Positions 1-11,238 of a DNA stretch of 45,802 nt are shown here, piece by piece. Each line of letters begins with the position of its first letter. Within the stretch, counting starts at the first letter, position 1. Made by a program: the position numbers and the translations under genes. The stretch covers positions 57,125,579-57,171,380 of the forward strand of contig NC_068990.1 of assembly GCF_001194135.2 (NCBI RefSeq), written 5' to 3'. A model generated the notes under the pieces. The model had not been told where the DNA came from and ran no database searches. It saw only the letters and a program-made list of their open reading frames with translations. Origin of the DNA: Octopus bimaculoides. Its lineage: Eukaryota.

Positions 1-54
1 TATTTATATATATATATATATATAAATAGAGAGAGAGAGAGAGAGAGAGAGATG

Positions 55-290
55 TCCATGCTTGTGTGTCTTTGTGTCTGTGTTTGCTCCCCACCACCAC
101 TAGACAAATGGTGTTGATGTGTTTATATTCCCATAACTTAGCAGTTCAACAAAAGAGAACACTAGAATAAGTATGAGGCTTTAAAAAAAAATAAATACTG
201 GATTCAGTTAGATCAACTAAAATTCCTCAAGATGGTGCACCAGCATGGCCACGGTCTAATGACTGAAACAAGTAAAAGATAGAAGATCAA
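55..290 (+). mobile_element. 3' half of abundant tRNA/CORE-type SINE (family B)
   Basis: Body GTCTGTGTTTG...ATAACTTAGCAGTT...CCAGCATGGCC...GACTGAAACAAGTAAAAGA matches the complete copies at 8680-9045 and 40712-41348. Confidence 0.8.
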
Positions 291-667
291 AAGACTGAAA
301 TCTATCATCACACACACACACACACACACATGCACACACACATACATACACACATGTGCATACACACTTGTAGACTCATGCTTTAAATAAACTGCAAATC
401 ATATTTAATGTCTCACCATAACATACATTCCATGTGTTTGACATAAAGTTGTATAGTAAGAGTAATTTATTTTTTATGAGAAGTAGTTTGAAAGAATTGG
501 ATCCCTGGAGAAGTAAATATGAGTGAAGTTTTGCATGAACTGTTTAAATATTTTGTTGGGACTAAAGCAATGAAAAGTTCATATTTAATATGATTGTTAA
601 AGATTTTCCAACTCTACTTTTTATCAAATAACAGGTGACTGGGTGTGACCAAAAGTAGTAGTTATTC

Positions 668-890
668 ACTTATATATTCTTTTCTACTCTATGCACAAGG
701 CCTGAAACTTTAATGGAAAGGTCCAGTCGATTAGATCAACCCAGTATGCAACTAGTACTTAATTATCAATGCTGAAAGGATGAAAGGTAAAGTCGACCTT
801 GGTGGAATTTGAACTCAGAATGTAAAGACAGATGAATACCACTGAGCATTTTTCCCTGTGTGCTAACGTTTCTGCCAGCTCGTCACCTTA
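668..890 (-). mobile_element. tRNA-derived SINE (family A)
   Basis: Minus strand has A-box-like TGGCAGAAACGTTAG, B-box GAGTTCAAATTCC and the central TTTACCTTTCATCCTTTC block. More than 10 homologues occur in the window. Confidence 0.85.
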
Positions 891-999
891 ATTCACATAT
901 ATATTCAAAGTTATTTATATATGAACAATGTTGACTTTACTACTCACTGCTTAGTTACTTTGAATCATATGTGAACGATAATAGTGTTCTATATTTTAG

Positions 1000-1162
1000 A
1001 GATGAAGAATTCTGTACATTATTTACATAGGACAGATATGTGTCCTCATCTTGTTTGTTGTTACCACAATGTTTTGGCTGATTTACTCTCCAGGTGTCCT
1101 AGTAGAATTTTGAACCCAACCTTGGCTTCTCATTCCTGAGGTGTTTGTTGCTGATATTATTA

Positions 1163-1214
<52 letters not shown>

Positions 1215-1410
1215 CTACTGAAGGCACTGTCTGGAACTGAACTTGCAATCTTGGGGTTAGTAGCCCATGCTCTTAACCATTAGCATAATAGTTAAGAGCA
1301 CTGGCTACTAACCCCAAGGCTGGAGAGTAAATCAGTCAAAACGTTGTGGTAACAACAAACAAGATGAGGACACATATGCGTTCAATGTAAATAATGTAAA
1401 TAATGTAATG
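1000..1410. mobile_element. tRNA-headed fold-back element with degenerate hammerhead remnants
   Basis: Inverted repeat 1015-1093 / 1320-1398; tRNA-like A/B boxes on minus strand at about 1290-1225; internal (ATT)n. Confidence 0.65.
1156..1213. repeat. (ATT)n microsatellite
   Basis: Direct reading. Confidence 0.98.
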
Positions 1411-2145
1411 ATAATACTGACAAAATCCCTTGAATTGTGGCTCTCTTCATTAGTTATACCACTGACATATGTGATAAAAACTAGTGTAAACATATAAATA
1501 TAAATGAAAGAGCTATTCATACACATACTAATATATATAATTTTTTCAGTGCATGATAGAAAAGGAATGGATTAAACTTTAAACTTTTCTGACATGAGAT
1601 ATTTCCATTTGCTTTTGATGTTTTGGCTTTTGATAGGTGTGTGTTTGTATGTATATTTGCCTCTGTGTGCATGTATGCATGTGTTATTGTGCATGCATAT
1701 TTGACTGAGAATAGATTGTTTTATGAAGACATTAATATTGAAGAGGGAAAATTTTTCAAACTCTTATTATTTCGTAATAGCCTATGATGTAATTTATCTG
1801 CACATTACAGTAATGGTTAAGGTCTTGTATGACAATAAATGGAAAAAGAAAATGGTTAAAACAATTTTCCTCAAACTACATTTTACCCAGTGTCACTGAG
1901 ATTTCAGCACTGAGGAAAAGTCATCTTTGCTTGTTTGAAAAGAGCTTAGGTAAAAAACAAAACAAAATGAAATCAAGTCTTATGACTGAAAAGACACAAT
2001 GTGGAAACATAGTAGTAGTATGAAAAACAAAAACAAATATAGAGTATAAGCAACAATGGTGTCTTTCAGCTTGAGACTGTGACATTCAGAGAAGAGGCTG
2101 ACAGAAGAAAAGGAGAAAAAACCTTGTCTACACAAAACTTAAAGA

Positions 2146-2374
2146 CAGTCGTGGCCAAAAGTTTGGAACATTTTATTGAAAATTAAAATTGTTATGCTCA
2201 ATGTAGAGATATACTTACCTAATAACTGATCCAATGGTTCAATGAGAAGATATTGAACCATTTGATCAGTTATTAGGTAAGTATATTTCTAAGTTGTATA
2301 TATTTGAATTGAATTGTACTTGGGGATAACAATTTTAACTTTTTAAAAATGCTACAAAGATTTGGCCATGACTG
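2146..2374. mobile_element. Tc1-type MITE with internal hairpin
   Basis: Termini CAGTCGTGGCCAAA and TTTGGCCATGACTG (followed by TA) are inverted repeats of Tc1 type. Internal 35-bp stem at 2209-2243 / 2252-2286. Confidence 0.75.
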
Positions 2375-2384
2375 TAGATAAAAA

Positions 2385-2720
2385 TATTAGATGTGTGTTG
2401 TCAGTATGAGGCTTGTGAGATAAAAGGACAATAGAAAAGGGTGGTAGTACCAGCAAGAGTGTGCACCATGAAAGGGAGAGAGAGTGTAAGCTTTAGGAAG
2501 ACAAGCTGGAAAGACAGAGTGGGAGAAAGATAATGATAGTCGCCTTGAGAAAAATCTGTTACAATGAAAAGATATGACTTAATATGCTAGAAATGAAAAT
2601 TAAAATCATGGTTAAAAATGATGTGCATGATAATTAATGGAAAGGAGAGAAAAATAGACTTGGATAAATCCATTTCATAACCAATGTCTCATGGAGTCAT
2701 TGTGATTTTAGTGCTCTAAA
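2385..2720 (+). pseudogene. highly decayed RTE LINE C-terminal remnant
   Basis: Translation IKGQ*KRVVVPA...MIVALRKICYNEKI resembles the RTE post-RT motif KG..Y..VVRPA...MLRW..G.T..D.I.NE. Confidence 0.4.
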
Positions 2721-3118
2721 GATGTTGGTATCCCTTGTCTGGAAAATGACAGGGAAAAGCAAAATAAACGAAGTCTTATGACTGGAAACATTAGATGGAG
2801 ACATGTGATTGGTGCACAAAAACATAAAACAAACAGATAAAGAGTAATATAACAAAGATGTGTGTCTTTTGACTTAAGATAGAGACAAATGAGGAGAATG
2901 CTAGTATAGAAGGAAATCAGAAAAAGACTTTTGTCTAAATATGAAAAGAATAGGGAGAAATATTGGATGCATGTGGTCAATGTCAAGCTAGCAAGACAAA
3001 AAGGAAGACAGGAAAGAATGGTGAAGATTTGTTGGAGCAGGTGGTATGAAAGGTAAAAATAGTGAGAGAAAGGGAGCAAGAGCAAGTGATTGAACAAGAG
3101 AGGAAGGGAGGGAGCGGG

Positions 3119-3124
3119 AGATAG

Positions 3125-3189
<65 letters not shown>

Positions 3190-3212
3190 AAGAGAGAGAG
3201 AGAAAGAGAGAG
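3119..3212. repeat. (GATA)n/(GA)n microsatellite
   Basis: Direct reading; explains ORFs 2708-3313 and 2983-3453. Confidence 0.97.
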
Positions 3213-3563
3213 AAGGGAAACAAACCAGTAACCATGTGAAATATGAATGTAATCCAGAAATAAAAATCTGAATAATGGTTAAGGATGTGCAGGACAATAA
3301 ATGAAAACAACATGTATTAGTGTGTGTTAGTGTGAGATTTTCTGTCCTGCTTTTCTTTTTATTTTCTTCCTTTCCATTATTCTCAATATATCTTCTCTTC
3401 ATTGTTTCCTCATTTGCTTTTTCATTCCTCCCTCTTTCATATACTTGGGTCAATTTTCATTCCACCTCACCGAGTAGAGCTTAACTTTCACATTTCCATT
3501 CTTCCTTAAGATAAATTTTCTTCTGACTATATTCCTCCTAATATTGCAAATCAGTGAGACAGA

Positions 3564-3595
<32 letters not shown>

Positions 3596-3624
3596 GTATT
3601 TATCTAAACAACACAGATTATTAT

Positions 3625-3968
3625 AGCTGGGAGGCACAAGCATACATATCAGGTTGAGAAATTCGTTTTACAACCCAATAGTTTTTGGGTCAATTCAAAC
3701 ATGTATCACTTAGGTGGATTTGGGCAAAGTGTCTTCTACTACAGCCTCGGGCTGACCAAAGCCTTGTGAGTGGATTTGGTACACGGAAACTGAAAGAAGC
3801 CTCTTTGTGTGTGTGTGTGTATGTTTGTGTGTCTGTGTTTGTCCCCCCCCCACATCGCTTGACTACCGATGTTGGTGTATTCACGTCCCCAGTAACTTAG
3901 CAGTTCAGCAAAAGGCACTAATAGAGTAAGTACTGGGCTTACAGAGAATCAGTCCTGGGGTTGATTTG
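3625..3968 (+). mobile_element. SINE family B, cut by assembly gap
   Basis: TTGGGCAAAGTGTCTTCTACTACAGCCTCGGGCTGACCAAAGCCTTGTGAGTGGATTTGG core, (GT)n and body. Confidence 0.85.
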
Positions 3969-4284
3969 NNNNNNNNNNNNNNNNNNNNNNNNNNNNNNNN
4001 NNNNNNNNNNNNNNNNNNNNNNNNNNNNNNNNNNNNNNNNNNNNNNNNNNNNNNNNNNNNNNNNNNNNNNNNNNNNNNNNNNNNNNNNNNNNNNNNNNNN
4101 NNNTATATATATATATATATATCTCTTTCCTTTCCTGAGCGTCCAATAATACTATCCATATCACGTCCTCACTTTGTTGTTTTTTTGTTTTTTTGTTATT
4201 GTGTTTTTGAACTATATATATATATATATATATACTGTATTAATTATCTACTTTTAATTTTTATTTCTATATCCCTTCGTAATG

Positions 4285-4375
4285 TCTATAGACACTTGCC
4301 CAAGGTGTCACACAGTGGGACTGAACCCGGAACCATGTGGTTCGTAAGCAAGCTACTTACCACACAGTCACTCCA
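4285..4375 (-). mobile_element. SINE family B head
   Basis: Reverse complement reads GTGTGGTAAGTAGCTTGCTT...GGTTCAGTCCCACTGTGTGACACCTTGGGCAAGTGTCT (tRNA head plus CORE-like CCTTGGGCAAGT). Confidence 0.85.
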
Positions 4376-4599
4376 TCCATTATTTATTAATATTTATTTT
4401 TTTATATATATATGTATGCATATATATTCATATATATCAAGGTCTATATATCTATACACTTACATAATTGCTTGTGTAAATAATTTTATATGTACTGATC
4501 AGTGTGCATTGTGAAAATGCACAACAGCGTCAAGCATGAGTAAGTGTAAATTTGAGAAAAATCTTGGAAATTTTCTTATTTATATTAATTTTCCCAAAG

Positions 4600-4724
4600 T
4601 CCCTCATGCCATTTAGCACTGTTAAGTTGATTGATGATGGTAGTGAACCTTGCTGCCGATTTCAAACTGATGCAGCTACACCAACAACCTTGGCAACAAC
4701 AACAACAACAACAACAAAACAACT
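4600..4724 (+). CDS. possible exon, Thr-rich peptide SLMPFSTVKLIDDGSEPCCRFQTDAATPTTLATTTTTTTKQL
   Basis: Pyrimidine-rich acceptor TTTTCCCAAAG, donor GTAAGA, open frame. No homology recognised. Confidence 0.25.
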
Positions 4725-5053
4725 GTAAGAAGTTCAAAGTAGCATTAGTAACTTGATTGGAATTGTGGTCAATCAGTTGAAAGAATGGTTGAATTAGTAA
4801 GACTGGTCTGCCTTTTTTTGATAGAAGAGTTTCAGTTGTATTTCAGTCATACATTGATGTAGTGGCAAAGATGTTAAACCAACCAAGTTGTACACGGGTG
4901 TTAAATTGATAACACAGAAAAGAAATTAATCAACTCTTGTAGAAAATGATATTTCTCAAGATGGATATGCCTGTGTATATCTACAGACATATAGGTCACC
5001 TCATATCTGAAGGCTTTGCAGAAGAAATTGGTCCCAATCTTGGCTAATTGCAG

Positions 5054-5155
5054 ACCTACAAGACTAACAATGTACACAGAAAATGACACGACAGCAGTAA
5101 TTAAGTCTGCTCTCTCAAAGGACCTCCTGTCTCCTCCCGATATGACTTATGACCT
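5054..5155 (+). CDS. possible exon PTRLTMYTENDTTAVIKSALSKDLLSPPDMTYD
   Basis: TGCAG acceptor, GTTAGT donor; phase compatible with 4600-4724. Confidence 0.2.
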
Positions 5156-6799
5156 GTTAGTATCATTCAAGTGCTACTTGTAATCTTATTGGTAATGTTC
5201 TTTTGCAGATAACAAATCAGTAAAACAAATCCGATCTTTCCTCAAAGGTGTCTCATATAACAACAAAAGAGTTTTAATGTGTTAGGGAACATTCTTTACT
5301 TTTGATATTTTCTTGGGAAAAACTGTGATGGCAATTCCGATGTTCATGTTGATGTAGTTTTTCGCTGTAGTTGTTGTTTCTGATGTTATCATTTCCATTG
5401 TTTTTGTTGTTGTAGTTGATGATGAGTAATAATTTGAGTTAGTTTTGGTCAATTAGAGCATGTCTTTGAAAATGACCAATCAAACCATCAGTGCTGACCC
5501 ATGGAACTGTAAAATGTGTCTTCAACAGTGTATACATCACCAGTGCCATTGTTGACATCATTGTCATCATGGCTACCATCATTGCTTTTGTCATTACTGA
5601 TGTCCGCATCATCATCATCATCCTCAACAGCATTATTTTTTTAACATAAGTTTAAGGTGTTGCTTAATTGGATCTGTAGTATGCGACATCACACCTGGTT
5701 TTCATTTTGCATCATCCGAAAATTTTGAAATTTTATCACTTGTTTCCTATTCTGTCACTTGTTCTTTGTTGACTCACTTTTTTTTGCACACTATTTGATG
5801 GCTTTACTCACCACCAGGTACTTTCACAGCTTTATACACAGTCCAGCTTTCATGCAATTTAGTGCCGTAATTCCAATGAATCATTTTAATCTTGTTTCTG
5901 TACAGTCTCCACAAATATTCCGCATTTAAAGACCATGTCTCATTACCATACATATTCAACATACATTGTTTTTAACAATGAAAATATTTCTGTTTTTGAG
6001 GAAACAACAATCACTTTCCTAAATGTTTTTATAATCCTTAGAACATTGTCTTCCTCACTAACTGAATTGATCGTCAGGTAACACATATTTCTTTCCACTA
6101 TATTGATGAAGCTACTTCAGTAGTTTATTTACTTGAGTCACTCGAAGCATTTTCTGATAAGTACATTGGTAAATAATGTTCTAATTTTCTGTCTGCAAGC
6201 GCCCCACTGCATTTTATGCATATTTGTTTATTTTACACTTGGTACTCCAACTCATTCATAGGTATCCACAAAACAGTTCTTGGAAAATACCAAAATTGTG
6301 TACTTGCAATTGTTAATTCTATCTGCACCTGCACTTATACACGAGACTGTTGTGTGCACATCTTGGCAAGTTTGGATCAGTATGCATAATATAACACTTT
6401 ATACATAAATATACATATCCAGGAACCACTTGCATTTTGGAAGTAATGTGTTCCTGAAAATCTACTGTAATGCAGAATCCTATAATGTGAAATAAATTTT
6501 CCATTGATTTTCATGTTATAACGTGCGATGCATGCCTGCAGATTTTTTAAAAACAAACACATTCACACACACAAACAAAAAAAAAGCGACATGACCACTT
6601 TTAATGCATGAAAATAACAATCTTAAACAAACACAGTGCAATATGTATACGTAAAAATGTTTCTAGAAAAATACAAGAAATAATTTAGAATTGTGATGAA
6701 TGAGGGTTACTAAGACAATGACGGATAGTATCTTCAATTTTATAGTTCATTATCAATATCTGCTTAGGGTAGGGGATTAAGAACATATCGAAGCTGTTT

Positions 6800-8640
6800 G
6801 ATCCTTGTAGTGCATCATCTCTTCATACGGTTCAGTTTAGGAACTGAGCTCATTATAAACTCCTGTAGTTTTTTGCTATTTTCTCAATTAGGGCTGTTAT
6901 AAACCTAAATTTGCAGAATTCTTTCTTTAAATGCCAACCAAACCCTTTGTCAATATTCTTTGCAATCAATTTAAGCAGAGTTGGTAGAATTTCCATATTC
7001 TCATCTGTATATTCAACATGCTCTTGTTCAAACAGTATCAGCTCTTCGTTAGATGAGTTTCTTCTGTGGGACATTAGCAACTCAATCACATCATCTCTAT
7101 GACTTCTTGAAAACCATACATCATTTGCAATTGTCACAATATCTTTCTGGATCTAATCTATGCTTTCTTCCAGTGGAAAACTTGTAAAGTTGCAGGTACA
7201 GTCTGGTTATATATTTTTCCAAGTGTCATTCAAAGTTGAGAGGCTCACTATATCCTTTGACTCAGCTATGTTATCCACAACATCCATTAAGTTGAACTTC
7301 TTCCAGGAGTCTCTAACTGCAGGTTTAGCTTTCATATCAATTACTTTCAAATAATATGCCTTGAAGTTAGCTCTCGCACTTTGGAGCAAAGAGGGGTTAT
7401 TCTTAAGGATATATTCTACTCTGACATTACCAGAAAGTTTTGGTACATTGTCTCAAATGAGCAATGCTCTGTTGGAAATATCATAAATTGCTAGAGGCAA
7501 ACATTTCTAGAAAAGTGCAGTTTTACGTACATTGCAGACACTTTGCTTCACATTGCTCCAGTTCACTCAGCTGTAGAAATGAGTTGTAACATCATTGGTG
7601 CCAAGCTGTATCAGACTTTGCCTTTCCCTTGGATAACATTGGAGGCATGGAGAGGGAAGGTCGGTATGCATGGGTGACTGCTGGTCTTCCATAAACAATT
7701 TTGCCTGGACTTGTGCCTCGGAGGGTAACTTTCTAGGGGTAATCCCATGGTCATTTATACCTATACTTGCTCTAGTATCTACCCACTTCAGCAGTCATTT
7801 TCTTTAGCTGTTCAATATTAGCAACAACCCCTGTATCAACACTGACAGCTTTACCAGCCAATTTTATGCTGTGCAAGTTCAAGGACTTCTTATATCTTTT
7901 AAATCAGCATTTATTAGAAAGAAAAGGCTTTTAATGAGAAGTTTCACTTACCTTTTTCAGCAAATCATCATACAAACTTATAGCTTTTTATTTAATTACC
8001 ATCGTGCTATCAGCACATTGCATTAAATCTAATCCTTGATCCATACACTCAAAAGCTGTCCAATTTCAAACATCACATTAGACGCATAACAAAATGAACT
8101 TCCAAGCTGTTAAAGGAGTAATTTCTTGGGTACTTGACTGAATTTTCTCTCCAGTGTTACATATTGTTCTCACTTTTTAATAAAAAGCCATAAGTTTGTA
8201 TGATGAGCTGCAGCAAAAGGAAGGTGAAACTTCTAATTAAAAGCTTTTTCCTTCTAATAAATACTGATTTAAAAGATTTAAGAAGTCCTTGAACTTGCAC
8301 AGCATAAAATTGGCTGGTGATGCAACCAGTTCTGATACAGAGATTGTTGTTAACATTGAGCAGCTAAAGAAAATGGCTGCTGAAATAGCCTAGATTCCAG
8401 AACAAATATGCAATGTTTCAAGACCAGCAATGTCACGGAATGGGGTAAGTCAACTTCATTGTACCCCAGTACTCACTGTAGTTGATCCAAGCTTTAATAT
8501 TTGGGCAATGTAGCTGAGTTTTTTTTTTCTCCCATGACAAGTCTTTTAAACCATCAAGTTTAATATCCAGTGTAATCCTTTTACCATTCATTTTTGAACA
8601 ACTGCTTTCAGTTTCATTTGATGGCTTGTTTCCAGACATT
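6800..8640 (-). mobile_element. decayed Tigger/pogo DNA transposon
   Basis: N-terminal KRITLDIKLD (about 8600); CENP-B-like QLLSVWIKD / KAISLYDDL / LHSIKLAG; DDE_1 C-terminus ALLI*DN...ANFKAYYL...WKKFNLMDVVDNIA...WKNI. Many stops and frameshifts. Confidence 0.85.
7530..7760 (+). mobile_element. SINE-like insertion in the Tigger remnant
   Basis: GC-richer block (TTCACATTGCTCCAGTTCACTCAGCTGTAGAAATGAGT...) that interrupts the transposase reading. It shares the TCCA.TCACTCAG motif with 12300. Confidence 0.55.
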
Positions 8641-8679
8641 TGGATGCAAGATAAATCCAAAAGCAGTTACAACAGTTGT

Positions 8680-9045
8680 CCACAACAAATATGAACCACA
8701 TGGTTCTGGGTTCAGTCCCACTGCGTGGAAACTTGGGCAAGTGTCTTCTACTATGGCCTCGGGCTGACCAAAGCCTTGTGAGCGGATTTGGTAGATGGAA
8801 ACTGAAAGAAGTCCCTCGTATATATGTATATATCGATATGTATGTGTGTGTATAAGTTTGTGTGTCTGAGTTTGTCCCCCAACATCGCTTGACAACCGTA
8901 ACTTAGCAGTTTAGCAAATGAGACCGATAGAATAAGTACTAGGCTTACAAAGAATAAGTGCTGGGGTCGATTTCTTCGACTAAAGGTGGTGCTCCAGCAT
9001 GGCCACAGTCAAACGACTGAAACAAGTAAAAAAGTAAAAAGAGTA
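8680..9045 (+). mobile_element. near full-length SINE family B
   Basis: B-box GGTTCAGTCCC, CTTGGGCAAGTGTC core, TA/GT tract, body and AAGTAAAA tail. Confidence 0.9.
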
Positions 9046-9394
9046 TGTAACAAAAAGAAATATCATCAGAAAATAACTGTTTTGTGGAGGTGAAAATGGG
9101 AAGACGAATTGGTGATGCAGTAAGGTAGGAAGCAGCACTGTATAATTACAGTAAGTTGTAGGATATTCTAGTCCATGGGCACTTCATCCCTTATACATCT
9201 GATCTAAGCCTTTACACACTCAGGAGAGTGGGGCTGCATCCACGTTATGATACCTGGATATCCCTTGGCTGCTATATTTTATACCACTGTCCACATTGCA
9301 GCCTGCACCTTCTTCAGTAGTCAAGGTGCTCTAGTACCAAGGATGTTGTAACTATTTTGAACCAAGATACAAGTTGAACTTGTATATATATACA

Positions 9395-9428
9395 CTCCAG
9401 AGTGTAGTGGGTGCTTTTCACGGACCAC

Positions 9429-9470
<42 letters not shown>

Positions 9471-9654
9471 GTGTGGCACATAAAAAGCACCCACTACACT
9501 CTAGGAGTGGTTGGCATTAGGAAGGGCATCCAGCTGTGGAGACATTGCCAGATTGAATTGGAGCTTGGTGCAGTCTTCTGGCTTGCCAGGCCTCAGTCAA
9601 ACATTCCAACTCATGCTAGCATGGAAAGCGGACGTTAAACGACAATGATGATGA
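9395..9654 (+). mobile_element. RTE-tail SINE fragment
   Basis: GTTGGCATTAGGAAGGGCATCCAGCTGT...CATGCTAGCATGGAAAGCGGACGTTAAACGA(TGA)n, the RTE-type 3' end also seen at 19490, 24780 and 38090. Confidence 0.7.
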
Positions 9655-10629
9655 NNNNNNNNNNNNNNNNNNNNNNNNNNNNNNNNNNNNNNNNNNNNNN
9701 NNNNNNNNNNNNNNNNNNNNNNNNNNNNNNNNNNNNNNNNNNNNNNNNNNNNNNATATATATATATATATATATGTTCGCCTGTATGCATATAAGACACA
9801 CACACACATGTAATATTTGACAAAAGATTGATAAAATATTTACCAAACATTTAGATATAAATACTGGGGACAATACAATCAACTAAAACACTTCAATTTT
9901 AAGCCTTAGCATGGCTGCAAAAAGAACATGTATGCAAATATATACAGTATATGTACACACACGTACATGCATGCACACACACACACACATACATACATAC
10001 ATACATACATATGTAGATACATAAAGACATGTATACATGCATACATATGCATATATGTACATAAATATGTGCATAGTGAAACACAGATATACACTATAAG
10101 GCTAAGTTTGTCCTTGCCAGCTTAGACCATGTTTCAAAGGATGGGTGGGGCTGAACGAAATGAATCATACTAGACAAATCATCAATATAAAACGAGTGAT
10201 TTCTTTTGAGGGTAAACCAGTGTCCATCCATACTATTACTCCTGAATGACTTGTTCGAAAACACTGTTTACTTATCCACTATCAATGATTTATCTTCTTT
10301 AATGTCTCTTCATTATTTATAATCAAAATTATAATGATATTAAATGGTTAACAAATGCCACTTGACTTATCTAATAAATATTGATTTTGGACTTCGGCAC
10401 AAACACTACAACAATGAAGAGAAGGAGGGTAATGTCAATTTACTTTAATGACTCCAGTTCATTACTGATATTATTCACCCTCATTCTGAAGCAGATGGTT
10501 GAAAGAACTACCTCAGGGGGTTGAATTTAGAATGTAAAGTGATTTAACTAAATGTCGCAAATGACATAGAGCCAAAATTCTTCGAGGTCTGACCCTTAGT
10601 CATCTTAATTTATCTAATAAGTTTTTTTG

Positions 10630-10800
10630 GGTGCGGGCATGGCTGCATAGGTAAAAAGCTTGCTTTCCAACCATGTAGCCTTGGGTTCAGTCATATTGTA
10701 CAGCACCTTGGGCAAGTGTCTTCTACTAAAGCACCATGCTGACCAAAGTCTTGTAAATAGATATGGAAGACAGAAACTGAAAGAAGTCAGTCAGTCATAC
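10630..10800 (+). mobile_element. SINE family B 5' part
   Basis: GGGTTCAGTC B-box; CACCTTGGGCAAGTGTCTTCTACT core. Confidence 0.8.
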
Positions 10801-11048
10801 ATACATACGTACATACATACATATATTTATATATATATACGTTGTGGGACAAGACTGTCACTACATAGACCTGATGATTACATAATGCATGAAAGTACTA
10901 GTTCATTTCAATATTGCAAAATGGTAAAAATTGCAAATAATAAAACATGAGAATCACACTTAGTAGGAATTTTATTGATTAATATATTCTTCTATATATA
11001 ATCATATAAACTCGAATATATATCTATATCTAAATCTATATCTGTCTA

Positions 11049-11049
<1 letters not shown>

Positions 11050-11128
<79 letters not shown>
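11050..11128. repeat. (TA)n microsatellite
   Basis: Direct reading. Confidence 0.98.
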
Positions 11129-11129
<1 letters not shown>

Positions 11130-11168
11130 ATATATACTTTATTAAAAGCAGCAGAAATATTACAAAAT

Positions 11169-11202
11169 CTGTTACTCAGAGTTTCACATTCCCATCTGTC
11201 GG
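11169..11202 (-). ncRNA. hammerhead ribozyme-like motif (degenerate)
   Basis: Minus strand CCGACAG AUG GGAA UGU GAAA CUCUGAG UA ACAG; intact stem III and GUA triplet, altered core. Confidence 0.45.
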
Positions 11203-11206
11203 ACAT

Positions 11207-11238
11207 CCGACGAACAGGAACGTGAAACTGAGTAACGG
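11207..11238 (+). ncRNA. hammerhead ribozyme-like motif (degenerate)
   Basis: CCGACGA - ACA GGAA CGU - GAAA - CUGAG - UA - ACGG; core position 4 is C rather than U, and stem I is disrupted at the hairpin apex. Confidence 0.55.

Noticed and set aside
5280-5640. Asp/Asn/Thr-rich minus-strand frames
   Set aside because: Decayed (GAT)/(GTT) microsatellite without splice support.
5640-6640. Possible piggyBac or hAT remnant
   Set aside because: No transposase motif or terminal repeats could be identified with confidence.
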